DNA of 64,000 nucleotides from Bacteroidales bacterium (GCA_046485045.1 JAWOHT010000052.1:726-64725), one strand, 5' to 3'; positions 42,173 to 54,293 are shown, numbered from the stretch's first letter. The notes: a model not told the origin generated them from the sequence alone. Made by a program: numbers and translations.

Positions 42173-42823
42173 ATGCGACACAACAGGAAAGTAAATCATT
42201 TAGGAAGAACAAGCAGTCACAGAAAAGCCATGCTTGCCAATATGGCAACATCGCTTATTATGCACAAGAGAATTAAAACAACAGTTTCCAAGGCCAAAGC
42301 GCTGCGCGTTTATGTTGAACCATTGTTAACCAAATCAAAAGATGATTCAACACACTCCCGAAGAGTGGTCTTTAGCTATCTGCAAAATAACGATGCGGTA
42401 ACTGAGCTTTTCAGAGAAGTCTCTCCAAAAATTATGGAAAGACCAGGTGGTTACACCAGAATTTTGAAAATAGGAAGCCGTGCTGGCGATAGCGCAGATA
42501 TGTGCTATATTGAACTGGTAGACTATAACGAAAATCTGCTGGGGGCGAAATCTGATGCCGCTTCTAAGACTGGTAAACGCAGGAGAAGAGCTTCGGGCAA
42601 GAAGAAAGATGAAGCCGAAAATGCTGTGGCTCCGAAAGCCGTCTCTGAAGAAAAGGTAAAAGCCAAGGCTCCCGTAACAGATACCGAAGTGCAGGCTGAG
42701 CCTGCCGGTGAAACCGGCACAGAAACTCTTGCTGAAGCTGAACAGGCTGCCGAAGCCCCCGAAGCATCAGGTAGTAATGACGAACCGACTAATGAAAACC
42801 CTGAAGAAGGGAAAAAGGAATAA
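42173..42823 (+). CDS. rplQ: 50S ribosomal protein L17 with a long low-complexity C-terminal tail
   Basis: 216 aa. The L17 core is [24 protein letters not shown]...YIELVDYN, followed by about 95 aa of tail that is first basic and then Ala/Glu-rich. Confidence 0.9.
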   Translation: MRHNRKVNHLGRTSSHRKAMLANMATSLIMHKRIKTTVSKAKALRVYVEPLLTKSKDDSTHSRRVVFSYLQNNDAVTELFREVSPKIMERPGGYTRILKIGSRAGDSADMCYIELVDYNENLLGAKSDAASKTGKRRRRASGKKKDEAENAVAPKAVSEEKVKAKAPVTDTEVQAEPAGETGTETLAEAEQAAEAPEASGSNDEPTNENPEEGKKE

Positions 42824-42859
42824 AATAACCATTGTAATGGTAATTATTTAAATATCTGT

Positions 42860-42900
42860 AAAGGGATGAAGAATTCGCTTCTTTGTCCCTTTTTATTTTT
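42860..42900 (+). terminator. Intrinsic terminator after rplQ
   Basis: AAAGGGA / TCCCTTT outer stem with an inner GAAG / CTTC stem, followed by TTATTTTTTT. Confidence 0.6.
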
Positions 42901-42913
42901 TTATAAAGATTAA

Positions 42914-44227
<1,314 letters not shown>

Positions 44228-44248
44228 GTAAATACTGGCATATTATTG

Positions 44249-44282
44249 AAGGCTGTCCTCAAAGAAGACAGCCTTTTTTTTA
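44249..44282 (+). terminator. Intrinsic terminator after eno
   Basis: 9-bp stem AAGGCTGTC / GACAGCCTT with a 9-nt loop, followed by a T run. Confidence 0.8.
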
Positions 44283-44343
44283 TTTCAAATTAAACAAGTT
44301 GGTTACTGGTGTGTTTAACTATCAAACAAATAATTTAAACAAG

Positions 44344-45672
44344 ATGGCCGAACTAAAGGAAAAACTATACCAGAAGATTCAGGAATGGCGTCCGCGCACC
44401 CAAAAGCTGCTCGATAAATATTCAGATGTGGTAATAGATGAAGTAACCATTGGCAAAGTGTTAGGCGGTATGCGAGGGTTAAAAAGCCTTGTAACAGATA
44501 TTTCTTACCTCGACCCGGAGGAGGGGATCAGATACCGTGGTCATACCCTTACGGAATTATTTGAAAAACTCCCTAAACCAAAAGGGTCTGAAATACCATA
44601 TGTCGAAGGGGTCTTTTACCTTTTGTTAACCGGAGATATACCTACGGAGGCTGAAGTTGCCGACACTCTCGACGAGTTCAGGAAACGCAGGATACTTCCC
44701 CGCTATGTGTATGAGGTTATTGATGCTTTTCCATGCTGCAGTCATCCAATGGCCATCTTTTCTACCGCCATTCTTACCATGCACCGTGAATCGTTTTTTA
44801 CACGAAAATACCAGGCGGGGTTGAACAAATTAGATTACTGGGACCCTACCTACGAAGATGCCCTCAACCTGTTGGCCAAGCTGCCCGAAATTGGTTCCTA
44901 TATTTATGCAAAATTATACCGCGATGGTAAGCGCATACAGTCTGATCCCAACCTTGATTTTGGCAGTAATTTTGCCAGAATGATGGGTATCGGCAAGCCA
45001 TATGATGATGTTTCGCGCATGCACTTTATCATTCATGCCGACCACGAAAGCGGCAATGTAAGTGCCCACACCGGTCACCTCGTGGCCAGTTCGCTGTCGG
45101 ATATATACCTTGCAATGTCGGCCATGATCAACGGCCTGGCGGGCCCCCTGCACGGACTTGCAAATCAGGAAGTACTCAGGTGGTTGCAAGAGCTCGATGC
45201 ACGTATGGATGGCAAAATGCCCACAGAAGATGAACTGCGGCAATTTGTCTGGGATACCCTCAATTCAGGCCAGGTAATTCCTGGTTTTGGTCATGCCGTT
45301 TTGCGCAAAACCGATCCACGCTACCTTATACAAAGGGAGTTTAGTCTTAAGCACCTTGCCGACGACCATCTTTTTAAGTATGTTGATATGCTCTACAAGG
45401 TCGTTCCCGGTATTTTAAAGGAACAGGGCAAGGCAAAAAATCCGTGGCCAAACGTTGATGCACAGTCAGGTGTTATTCAATGGCACTATGGCGTTGATAA
45501 ATACGATTTTTATACTGTGCTGTTTGGCATTGGCAGGTCTATCGGTATTTGTGCCAATATTATCTGGGACAGGGCCTTACTTTATCCGCTTGAAAGGCCT
45601 AAATCGCTCACTACCGAAATGCTCGAGAAAATTGTGGAGAATCAGAAAAGTAAAATTAAAACGGCAAGCTAA
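44344..45672 (+). CDS. gltA: Citrate synthase
   Basis: Start set at MAELKEKLY (ATG 44344). Catalytic-region contexts HADHESGNVSAHT and GFGHAVLRKTDPR. Confidence 0.9.
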   Translation: MAELKEKLYQKIQEWRPRTQKLLDKYSDVVIDEVTIGKVLGGMRGLKSLVTDISYLDPEEGIRYRGHTLTELFEKLPKPKGSEIPYVEGVFYLLLTGDIPTEAEVADTLDEFRKRRILPRYVYEVIDAFPCCSHPMAIFSTAILTMHRESFFTRKYQAGLNKLDYWDPTYEDALNLLAKLPEIGSYIYAKLYRDGKRIQSDPNLDFGSNFARMMGIGKPYDDVSRMHFIIHADHESGNVSAHTGHLVASSLSDIYLAMSAMINGLAGPLHGLANQEVLRWLQELDARMDGKMPTEDELRQFVWDTLNSGQVIPGFGHAVLRKTDPRYLIQREFSLKHLADDHLFKYVDMLYKVVPGILKEQGKAKNPWPNVDAQSGVIQWHYGVDKYDFYTVLFGIGRSIGICANIIWDRALLYPLERPKSLTTEMLEKIVENQKSKIKTAS

Positions 45673-45889
45673 AGGTTCGGTTTATTTATAATACCTATCT
45701 GCATGCATGTACTTTCAATACATTTTGAATATTGCCAAAAGTATTGTTTTCATTGAATCTCTGGATACCCGGTACTTATAAAATTTAAAAAATACGTCAT
45801 TTACCTAAAGAAAACACTTAATTTAAAATTTTATTTTATTATCTGAAGAATAGTGACTATTTTCAGCGCTTGTAGAAAAATGATGTTAA

Positions 45890-46723
45890 ATGAGCAAGAT
45901 AGTTACGAAAGAGTTTCTCTCTGAGAATGTTGTGAAAATTGAACTCGAAGCTCCGCTAATTGCCAGGAAGCGAAAAGCAGGGCACTTTGTTATTGTTAAG
46001 ATTGGCAAAGAGGGCGAGCGCATACCGCTTACAATTTCGCAGGCCGATCCTGAGAAAGGCACCATTACACTTATTATTCAAAGGGTAGGGGTTACAAGCC
46101 ATAAACTCTCGATGATGAATGAAGGCGATGAAGTAACCGACCTTGTCGGCCCCCTTGGGCATGCCACCAAAATAGAACAGGCAGGTACCATATTGTGCGC
46201 AGGAGGAGGCGTTGGTATAGCGCCGTTGCTGCCTATTGTCGAAGCCATGCATAATGCAGGTAACAGAATTATTACGGTGCTGGCAGCACGTAATAAAGAA
46301 CTGCTGATTCTCGAAAAAGAGATAAGGGAGCATTCCGACGAAGTGATTATTATGACCGATGACGGCAGCTATGGTACCAAAGGCCTCGTGACAAACGGAA
46401 TGGAAGAGGTAATCAACCGCGAGATAGTAAATCTTGCCATTACCATTGGCCCGGCCATTATGATGAAATTTACAAGTATGCTTACTAAAAAATATAATAT
46501 TCCCACCATTGCAAGTTTGAACTCTATAATGGTTGATGGAACGGGAATGTGTGGCGCATGCAGGGTTTCGATCGGTGGCAAGACCAAATTTGTATGCGTT
46601 GACGGCCCCGAATTCGATGCCCACGAGGTTGACTTCGATGAACTCCTCATGCGCCTCGGGGCATACAAGCAACAGGAAGTTGAAGCATTTAGCAGGTATC
46701 TTGAAGTGATTAACAATAGATAG
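45890..46723 (+). CDS. PyrK-like FAD/NAD(P)-binding iron-sulfur subunit (NfnA / sulfide dehydrogenase gamma-like)
   Basis: 277 aa. Ferredoxin-reductase fold (RKRKAGHFVIV, RIPLTI) with a C-terminal Cys cluster GMCGACRV...FVCVDGPEF. Confidence 0.8.
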   Translation: MSKIVTKEFLSENVVKIELEAPLIARKRKAGHFVIVKIGKEGERIPLTISQADPEKGTITLIIQRVGVTSHKLSMMNEGDEVTDLVGPLGHATKIEQAGTILCAGGGVGIAPLLPIVEAMHNAGNRIITVLAARNKELLILEKEIREHSDEVIIMTDDGSYGTKGLVTNGMEEVINREIVNLAITIGPAIMMKFTSMLTKKYNIPTIASLNSIMVDGTGMCGACRVSIGGKTKFVCVDGPEFDAHEVDFDELLMRLGAYKQQEVEAFSRYLEVINNR

Positions 46724-46724
46724 T

Positions 46725-48218
46725 ATGAGCGGTTTTGATACTGAATATCTGAAAAGTCTTCGCGAAGCGGAATGGAGAGCTAATCTCAGAAAGGGAATAA
46801 AGGCCAAAGAGAGGACAGACAAAGAAAGGGTGAAAATGCCGGAGGTAGACGCTCTTGAAAGGGTCACAGGGCATATGGAGGTAAACACAGGCCTTACCAA
46901 AGAGATGGCAGTGGCTGAGGCACAGCGTTGTCTCGACTGCGTAAACCCTACATGCATTACCGGTTGCCCTGTAGGCATTAACATCCCCGAATTCATTAAA
47001 CACATAGAGGCCGGCAATTTTATGGATGCTGCACGTACCCTCAAGGAAACCAATGCGATGCCGGCAGTTTGCGGCCGTGTATGCCCGCAGGAAGTACAGT
47101 GCGAGAAAAGTTGTTTCTATACCGAAAAACTTGGCAAAAAACCAGTGGCAATCGGTAACCTTGAACGGTTTGCAGCTGATTTTGAAAGAAACTCCGGTAC
47201 TGCCTATGTGCCCGGTATACCCGATAAGATATCAACAAAAGTGGCAGTTATAGGCTCCGGCCCTGCCGGGTTATCAGCCGCAAAAGACCTCGCAGGGTAT
47301 GGCTATGAAGTTACTGTATTTGAAGCTTTGCACGAACTGGGTGGCGTATTAAAATACGGCATTCCCGAATTCAGGCTCCCAAACGAAATCGTTGACTTTG
47401 AAATAGACAACCTGAAGAAAATGGGTGTTAAGTTCGTAAAGAACTTTGTGGTTGGAAAGACAGTTTCTTTCGAAGACCTGAAAGATGAAGGATTTGAAGC
47501 TTTTTTCGTGGGTAGTGGCGCCGGATTGCCAAATTTCATGAATATTCCCGGTGAAAACTTCATAGGTATTCTTTCATCTAACGAATACCTTACAAGGATA
47601 AACCTAATGGGGGCTGCAAAGCCTGAATATGATACCCCGGTGGCGCCCGGCAATAAAGTTGCAGTTATTGGCGGTGGAAATACGGCAATGGATTCGGTGA
47701 GAACTGCAAAACGTCTCGGGGCTGAACGTGCCATGATTGTTTATCGCCGTTCTTTCGACGAGATGCCCGCAAGGCTTGAAGAACTGCACCACGCACGCGA
47801 AGAAGGAATCGAATTTCTTAACCTCAACAACCCTGTTCGCTATATTGCCGACAAAAACGGGTATGTATGCAAAATGGTTCTGCAGAAAATGGAACTGGGC
47901 GCACCAGATGCATCAGGGCGTAGAAAACCCTTTCCGGTTGAAGGTTCGGAATATGAGGTTGATGTTGACCAGGTAATCGTAAGTATCGGGGTATCTCCCA
48001 ACCCGCTTATCCCGCAAAGTCTTCCGGGACTTAAAATGACCAAATGGGGCACCATTGAGGTTAATCCCGAAACAATGCAATCATCGGTGCCCGAACTTTT
48101 TGCAGGGGGCGACATCGTTAGGGGCGGCGCTACTGTTATTCTCGCCATGGGCGATGGCAGAAAGGCCGCAGCCGGAATGCACGAATATATTAAAAGTAAA
48201 ACCAAAGCAGCAATTTAA
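46725..48218 (+). CDS. GltD-family NAD(P)H oxidoreductase (NfnB / glutamate synthase small-subunit-like)
   Basis: 497 aa. N-terminal Fe-S Cys motifs (CLDCVNPTCITGCP, CGRVCPQEVQCEKSC). Dinucleotide folds VAVIGSGPAGLSAA and VAVIGGGNTAMD. 1-nt gap to the upstream gene. Confidence 0.85.
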   Translation: MSGFDTEYLKSLREAEWRANLRKGIKAKERTDKERVKMPEVDALERVTGHMEVNTGLTKEMAVAEAQRCLDCVNPTCITGCPVGINIPEFIKHIEAGNFMDAARTLKETNAMPAVCGRVCPQEVQCEKSCFYTEKLGKKPVAIGNLERFAADFERNSGTAYVPGIPDKISTKVAVIGSGPAGLSAAKDLAGYGYEVTVFEALHELGGVLKYGIPEFRLPNEIVDFEIDNLKKMGVKFVKNFVVGKTVSFEDLKDEGFEAFFVGSGAGLPNFMNIPGENFIGILSSNEYLTRINLMGAAKPEYDTPVAPGNKVAVIGGGNTAMDSVRTAKRLGAERAMIVYRRSFDEMPARLEELHHAREEGIEFLNLNNPVRYIADKNGYVCKMVLQKMELGAPDASGRRKPFPVEGSEYEVDVDQVIVSIGVSPNPLIPQSLPGLKMTKWGTIEVNPETMQSSVPELFAGGDIVRGGATVILAMGDGRKAAAGMHEYIKSKTKAAI

Positions 48219-48235
48219 CCTTAAATATTAAAGCT

Positions 48236-49228
48236 ATGGCAGACCTATCAACCAAATATATGGGATTGACGCTTAAGAACCCTGTCATCGTGGGTAGTTG
48301 CGAATTAACATCGTCGGTTGAAAACATCAAAAAAATGGAAACAGCCGGAGCAGCCGCCGTAGTGCTGAAATCTGTTTTTGAGGAGGAAATACTTCTCGAA
48401 GTAAAAAAATACCTCGACGATGCGGCCAAGAGCGACCTTATCTATACAGAGCTCTCCGAAACCCTCGATTATATTGATTTGCATACAAAGCAGGAGACAT
48501 TAAACAACTATCTCGACCTGATCAAAAAGGCTAAAAAAGAGACACTTATCCCCATTATTGCAAGTATTAACTGTATTTCCGACTCAGAATGGGTTGATTT
48601 TACCGATAAAATTCAGGCAGCAGGCGCAGATGCCCTCGAACTGAATATTTTTCTAAACCCCATCGACAGCAGGGATAAAGATTTCGAAAAAACTGCTATA
48701 AACATTATCAATAAGGTACTAAAAAAATCTACCATACCTGTAGCTGTTAAGCTTTCAAACTGTTTTACAAACCTCGCCCATACCCTGGTGCATATTTCAG
48801 AAACCGGTGTAGCCGGTATGGTGCTGTTCAACAGGTTCTACAGCCCCGATATCGATATTGACTACTTTTATGTGATGGCCGCCAACAAATTCAGCTCTCC
48901 CGATGAGTATGTCAAACCTCTAAGGTATATGGCCCTTTTGAGCGACAAGGTAAAGTGCAGCCTTGCTGCCTCAACCGGTATACATTACGGCAACACTATG
49001 ATTAAACAACTTCTGGCAGGCGCCGATGCAGTTCAGGTGGTTTCCACACTATACCTTAACGGAATTGATTACATCACAACCATGCTTACCGATCTTGAAA
49101 ACTGGATGCAAAGCAAAGGTTATTTTTCAATAGGCCAGTTTAAAGGTAAAATGAGCTATAAAAACATTCCGAACCCTGCTGTATACGAGCGTATGCAGTT
49201 TATGAAGCACTACAGCCGGATAGGATAG
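48236..49228 (+). CDS. Dihydroorotate dehydrogenase-like TIM-barrel flavoprotein
   Basis: 330 aa. The N-terminus is LSTKYMGLTLKNPVIVGSCELT. It has the class-1 DHOD-like layout and no ferredoxin domain. It lies 17 nt after the GltD-like gene. Confidence 0.7.
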   Translation: MADLSTKYMGLTLKNPVIVGSCELTSSVENIKKMETAGAAAVVLKSVFEEEILLEVKKYLDDAAKSDLIYTELSETLDYIDLHTKQETLNNYLDLIKKAKKETLIPIIASINCISDSEWVDFTDKIQAAGADALELNIFLNPIDSRDKDFEKTAINIINKVLKKSTIPVAVKLSNCFTNLAHTLVHISETGVAGMVLFNRFYSPDIDIDYFYVMAANKFSSPDEYVKPLRYMALLSDKVKCSLAASTGIHYGNTMIKQLLAGADAVQVVSTLYLNGIDYITTMLTDLENWMQSKGYFSIGQFKGKMSYKNIPNPAVYERMQFMKHYSRIG

Positions 49229-49264
49229 GTTGTATTTAAAGCTGCTATCGCGAAGTCTTCTTAA

Positions 49265-49356
49265 CGAATATTCCTGCGAAAGCCAGCCCGGTTATACCAG
49301 TAGGGCATACAGGAATCTCTTAATTATCATAATTAATGATTATTAAGAGATTCCTG
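49265..49356 (+). repeat. REP-like element copy B, fused to a long near-perfect hairpin
   Basis: 49265-49328 matches 16011-16074 at 50 of 64 positions. Positions 49310-49356 form a hairpin with 15 bp, one mismatch, then 5 bp (CAGGAATCTCTTAAT ... ATTAAGAGATTCCTG). It lies between convergent genes. Confidence 0.7.
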
Positions 49357-49395
49357 ATCTGACCAGGGATAATCTTTTTAGTTTGATTTATAAAC

Positions 49396-51312
49396 TTATT
49401 TTACTTCTTCAAAATCAACATCGGTTACTTCTTCATTGGGACCTTTTGATCCTGATCCATTGTTGCTCGAAGTGGTTTGCTGGCCTTCGGTCTGAGCGCC
49501 TGCTCCCTGTTGGCTTGACTTATAGATTTCTTCTGAGGCTTTCTGCCATACGCTGTTCAGTTCTGCAGTAGCGCTGTCTATGGCACTTATATCCTGATTT
49601 TTGTATGCAGTCTTGAGTTCTTCAAGCGCTTTTTCTATTGGAGCTTTTTTATCTGCAGGCAATTTATCCCCGAACTCTTTTAATTGTTTTTCTGTCTGGA
49701 ATATCATGCTGTCAGCCGCATTCAGCTTATCAATACGTTCCCTTTTGGCTTTGTCGTCGGCTTCGTGCGATTTGGCTTCCTGTTTCATTTTTTCGATTTC
49801 GGCATCGGTAAGCCCGGTTGAAGCCTCAATTCTTATGCTTTGCTGTTTGCCTGTTCCTTTGTCTTTGGCTGAAACGTGCAAAATACCGTTGGCATCAATA
49901 TCAAATGTTACCTCAATTTGCGGAATACCCCTTGGTGCAGGTGGAATGCCATCGAGATGGAACCTGCCGATGGTTTTATTATCACCTGCCATGGGCCTTT
50001 CACCCTGCAGGATATGAATTTCAACCGAAGGCTGGTTGTCTGCTGCCGTAGTAAACGTTTCGGTTTTTTTGGTAGGGATGGTTGTATTAGACTCAATAAG
50101 CCTGGTCATTACACCTCCCATCGTTTCAATACCAAGCGAAAGCGGGGTGACATCAAGCAACAATACATCTTTTACTTCACCGGTGAGCACTCCGCCCTGA
50201 ATTGCAGCGCCTACTGCAACAACTTCGTCGGGGTTAACGCCTTTTGAAGGCTTTTTCCCGAAAAATTTCTCCACGATATCCTGTATCGCTGGTATCCTGG
50301 TTGAACCTCCCACGAGTATCACCTCGTCAATGTCCGAAGTGTTCAGCCCGGCGTCTTTCAAAGCTTTGCGACATGGTTCCATCGTTGCCTGTATAAGTTG
50401 GTCGGCAAGGCTTTCAAATTTAGCCCTGGTAAGACTTTTTACAAGATGTTTTGGAATTCCGTCTACAGGCATAATGTACGGAAGGTTAATTTCGGTTGTT
50501 GATGAACTTGATAATTCAATCTTAGCTTTCTCCGCAGCTTCTTTCAGGCGTTGCATTGCCATAGGGTCTTTTCTAAGGTCAACACCTTCATCTTTAATAA
50601 ATTCTTCTGCCAGCCAGTCAATAATCGCATGGTCGAAATCATCTCCTCCAAGGTGGGTGTCGCCATTGGTAGATTTTACCTCAAATACACCATCACCAAG
50701 TTCGAGGATTGAAATATCGAATGTACCGCCGCCAAGGTCGAATACCGCTATTTTAATGTCTTTGTTTTTTTTGTCAAGCCCATATGCCAGAGAGGCAGCC
50801 GTAGGCTCGTTGATGATCCTGCGGACTTTAAGTCCGGCAATTTCCCCGGCTTCTTTTGTAGCCTGTCTTTGCGAATCGCTAAAATATGCCGGAACAGTAA
50901 TTACTGCATCGGTAACTTCCTGACCGAGGTAATCTTCGGCAGTTTTTTTCATTTTCTGCAGTATCATGGCCGATATTTCCTGGGGAGTGTATTTTCTATC
51001 ATCAATCTCCACCCTGGGGGTGTTATTGTCGCCTTTGACCACTTTGTAAGGAACCCTTTTAATCTCTTTTTGAACCTTGTCGTAGGTTTCTCCCATAAAG
51101 CGTTTAATAGAAAAAACTGTCTTGGTAGGATTGGTTATCGCCTGCCTCTTGGCAGGATCACCTACCTTGCGCTCTCCGTTTTCTACAAATGCCACAACAG
51201 AAGGGGTCGTTCTCTTTCCTTCGCTGTTAGGTATTACAACAGGTTCATTTCCTTCCATTACTGATACGCAGGAATTTGTTGTGCCTAAATCTATTCCAAT
51301 AATTTTACCCAT
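49396..51312 (-). CDS. dnaK: Molecular chaperone DnaK (Hsp70)
   Basis: 638 aa, [30 protein letters not shown]. Confidence 0.95.
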   Translation of the reverse strand: MGKIIGIDLGTTNSCVSVMEGNEPVVIPNSEGKRTTPSVVAFVENGERKVGDPAKRQAITNPTKTVFSIKRFMGETYDKVQKEIKRVPYKVVKGDNNTPRVEIDDRKYTPQEISAMILQKMKKTAEDYLGQEVTDAVITVPAYFSDSQRQATKEAGEIAGLKVRRIINEPTAASLAYGLDKKNKDIKIAVFDLGGGTFDISILELGDGVFEVKSTNGDTHLGGDDFDHAIIDWLAEEFIKDEGVDLRKDPMAMQRLKEAAEKAKIELSSSSTTEINLPYIMPVDGIPKHLVKSLTRAKFESLADQLIQATMEPCRKALKDAGLNTSDIDEVILVGGSTRIPAIQDIVEKFFGKKPSKGVNPDEVVAVGAAIQGGVLTGEVKDVLLLDVTPLSLGIETMGGVMTRLIESNTTIPTKKTETFTTAADNQPSVEIHILQGERPMAGDNKTIGRFHLDGIPPAPRGIPQIEVTFDIDANGILHVSAKDKGTGKQQSIRIEASTGLTDAEIEKMKQEAKSHEADDKAKRERIDKLNAADSMIFQTEKQLKEFGDKLPADKKAPIEKALEELKTAYKNQDISAIDSATAELNSVWQKASEEIYKSSQQGAGAQTEGQQTTSSNNGSGSKGPNEEVTDVDFEEVK

Positions 51313-51546
51313 GCTTTGAATATTTTTATGATTTCTGTTTTTACTTTATGTTTTTTATTTTTTTTCAATGATTGTGCCACTTTTGTTTTTTGTCATGTTT
51401 ACCATAGATAATCATGTTTTTCTGCAAGATTTGACATTTATTTATGACAAAAAGGCAGTTTGAAGAGGCTGAATAAAAATATGCTTAGGTATACCTATTA
51501 TTAAATTTATTTATAAACTTTGCACCTGAATTTTAAAATACCCGTC

Positions 51547-52368
51547 ATGCCAGATTCATTAAAGGAGAAACCTGCAAAAATCACCACCCATGTATTACAA
51601 AACATGAAGTTGCACGGTGAAAAAATTTCGATGCTTACTGCATATGATTATTCGCTTGCCCGCATTATTGACAATTCGGGCATAGATGTAATACTTGTTG
51701 GTGATTCTGCTTCGAATGTTATGGCAGGTTATGAAACAACACTGCCAATAACCCTTAATGAGATGATTTATCACGCTTCTTCTGTGGTTCGTGGTGTAAA
51801 ACGGGCGCTTGTGGTAGTTGACCTGCCATTTGGCACCTACCAGGGAAATTCAAAAGAAGCGTTAAATTCTGCCATAAAGATTATGAAGGAAACCGGTGCC
51901 GGCGCGGTTAAACTTGAGGGGGGAAAAGAGATACGCGAGTCGGTAGAACGTATCCTGTCGGCAGGTATACCGGTGATGGGCCACCTGGGGCTTACCCCAC
52001 AGTCAATACATAAATTCGGTACCTACGTGGTGCGCGCCAAAGATAAGGCCGAAGCTGAAAAACTTATCGAAGACGCCCATATCCTTGAAGAAACCGGATG
52101 TTTCAGTATTGTACTAGAAAAAGTGCCAGCCCTGCTTTGTAAAAAAGTATCTGCAGAACTGAAAATTCCTATCATCGGCATCGGGGCAGGCAAATATGCA
52201 GATGGCCAGGTACTCGTACTCCATGATATGCTTGGGATTACCCAGGAGTTTTCGCCCCGTTTTTTAAGAAGGTACCATAATCTTTATGCAGAGATCAAAG
52301 GGGCTGTGCAGAATTATATCAGCGACATAAAAAAGGGTGATTTCCCGAATGATAAAGAGCAATACTAA
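51547..52368 (+). CDS. panB: 3-methyl-2-oxobutanoate hydroxymethyltransferase
   Basis: Start set at ATG 51547 (MPDSLKEK). [10 protein letters not shown]...[12 protein letters not shown] and KLEGG motifs. Confidence 0.9.
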   Translation: MPDSLKEKPAKITTHVLQNMKLHGEKISMLTAYDYSLARIIDNSGIDVILVGDSASNVMAGYETTLPITLNEMIYHASSVVRGVKRALVVVDLPFGTYQGNSKEALNSAIKIMKETGAGAVKLEGGKEIRESVERILSAGIPVMGHLGLTPQSIHKFGTYVVRAKDKAEAEKLIEDAHILEETGCFSIVLEKVPALLCKKVSAELKIPIIGIGAGKYADGQVLVLHDMLGITQEFSPRFLRRYHNLYAEIKGAVQNYISDIKKGDFPNDKEQY

Positions 52369-52439
52369 TGTTTTCTTTTCGTTTAAAAATTTGATTACGG
52401 GTCATTTATTTTGTTTTTACAATCAATCCATCTCATGGC

Positions 52440-53126
52440 ATGAATATTCTTTTTGAAGATAACCATATTATTGCAGTAAATAAGAGTACCAGCGACCTGG
52501 TACAAGGCGACAAAACCGGAGATATACCCCTTGATGCCAGGTTGAAAGAGTATCTGAAAGAAAAGTATACCAAACAGGGAAATGTTTTTGTAGGTGTTGC
52601 ACATCGCATTGACAGGCCTGTAAGCGGGGTGGTGCTGTTTGCCAAAACATCCAAAGCTCTTGCCCGCCTTAATAAAATGCTGAGTAAAGGAGAGCTAAAG
52701 AAGGCCTACTGGGCTATTGTGAAAAATAAACCGGGAAATGAATCGGGCATATTGCACCATTATCTTCTGAGAAATGAAAAACAAAATAAGTCATATTGTT
52801 ATGACTCGCCAGTGGCAAATACCAAAGAGGCATTTCTCGAATACAGGTTAATCGCGAAGTCTGAAATGTATTACCTGCTCGAGATTGACCTTAAAACCGG
52901 AAGGCACCACCAGATAAGGGCGCAAATGGCAGCAATGGGCTGTCCGATAAGGGGCGACTTGAAGTATGGTTACCCGCGGTCGAACCAAAATGGGGGTATA
53001 TCTCTGCATGCCAGGCAAATAGAATTTGTCCACCCCGTAAGGAATGAACCTGTTACTATTACAGCACCTGTTCCTGCCGGGGATAAACTATGGCAATTTT
53101 TCGAATCAACCCTTGCTTCAAGGTAA
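52440..53126 (+). CDS. RluA family pseudouridine synthase
   Basis: 228 aa with the HRIDRPVSGVVLFAKT catalytic Asp motif and GRHHQIR. Confidence 0.85.
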   Translation: MNILFEDNHIIAVNKSTSDLVQGDKTGDIPLDARLKEYLKEKYTKQGNVFVGVAHRIDRPVSGVVLFAKTSKALARLNKMLSKGELKKAYWAIVKNKPGNESGILHHYLLRNEKQNKSYCYDSPVANTKEAFLEYRLIAKSEMYYLLEIDLKTGRHHQIRAQMAAMGCPIRGDLKYGYPRSNQNGGISLHARQIEFVHPVRNEPVTITAPVPAGDKLWQFFESTLASR

Positions 53127-53248
53127 AAGGACAAGAACCTGACATCGCTCATAAAAACAGCCGACTCCCGTTAATTGTTAATAACCCGCTCTTTTATAAA
53201 CAATATTTTTCATATTACCTGAGTTATTTTTGCTGTAAAGGCAAATGA

Positions 53249-54268
53249 ATGAAAGAAAGAAGAAAATCCTTATTATTTCTCATATTGACGTGTACTGCAA
53301 TTTCGCTCACGGCTCAAACTGGCAAATTGACACGTGAAGAATATATAAAGAAATACCAATACCTTGCCATAAAAGAGATGGGGCGAACAGGAATACCGGC
53401 CAGTATTACCATGGCCCAGGGACTGCTTGAATCGGGCAATGGTAATAGCCGGCTGGCAGTAAAAGCCAATAACCATTTTGGCATTAAATGCCATGATTGG
53501 AGCGGGAAAAAGGTGAGGCATGATGATGATGCCAGCCGGGAGTGTTTCAGGAAATACAGCTCGGTAGAAGAGTCATACCGCGACCATTCAGATTTTCTTA
53601 CTTCCAAGTCAAGATATGCAGCACTTTTTGATATTCCTTCAACCGATTACAAAGGATGGGCCAAGGGACTTAAAAAAGCAGGCTATGCTACAAGTCCTAC
53701 CTATGCTGAGGCCCTTATAAGAATTGTTGAAGAAAACCGGCTCTACCTGCTCGATCAGGGCGTGGATATCCCCGACAAAAAAGATGTGATTGCCAAAAAG
53801 TCAGAGAGAAGCAAAGAAGAAGGCCTAAAGGGATCATCGCGTGAAATTCTTGAAAACAACAGGGTAAAATACATTGTTGCCAGAACAAGCGATACTTATC
53901 AGGGGATTACACAAGAACTTGAAATGTTGCCATGGCAACTGGCAAAGTATAACGAACTGGAGCAGGATTTTGAGATTAAAGAAGGACAGGTAGTTTATAT
54001 TCAACCCAAACGTACCAATGCTAATGCTGTTAAAACCGTGCATATTGTCGCTGAAGGAGAAACCATGTATTCTATTTCGCAGAAATATGCCATTAGGCTC
54101 GACAGGCTTTATGCACGTAATATCATAACACCGGGTACCGAACCAACACCGGGTACGGTACTTTCATTAAGAGGAAAGATAAAGAATAAAAATTTAAAAG
54201 CAACATCCGGTATTGAACTTAAGGATGCAGAACAGGAAGAGATGCAATTTGAATTTGATCCGGAATAA
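53249..54268 (+). CDS. Glucosaminidase (FlgJ-like muramidase) domain protein with two LysM repeats
   Basis: 339 aa with a signal peptide. Muramidase region: PASITMAQGLLESGNGNSRLAVKANNHFGIKC. Two LysM-like segments: YIVARTSDTYQGIT... and HIVAEGETMYSISQKY... Confidence 0.8.
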   Translation: MKERRKSLLFLILTCTAISLTAQTGKLTREEYIKKYQYLAIKEMGRTGIPASITMAQGLLESGNGNSRLAVKANNHFGIKCHDWSGKKVRHDDDASRECFRKYSSVEESYRDHSDFLTSKSRYAALFDIPSTDYKGWAKGLKKAGYATSPTYAEALIRIVEENRLYLLDQGVDIPDKKDVIAKKSERSKEEGLKGSSREILENNRVKYIVARTSDTYQGITQELEMLPWQLAKYNELEQDFEIKEGQVVYIQPKRTNANAVKTVHIVAEGETMYSISQKYAIRLDRLYARNIITPGTEPTPGTVLSLRGKIKNKNLKATSGIELKDAEQEEMQFEFDPE

Positions 54269-54293
54269 ATGATTCAGTGAAGTCTGGTCATGT

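Noticed and set aside
45956-47053. 365-aa minus-strand ORF, one of the longest non-annotated ORFs in the track
   Set aside because: It is entirely antisense to the well-supported PyrK-like and GltD-like genes. It is Cys/His/Arg/Phe-rich with no motif. This is typical of a shadow ORF opposite a coding region.
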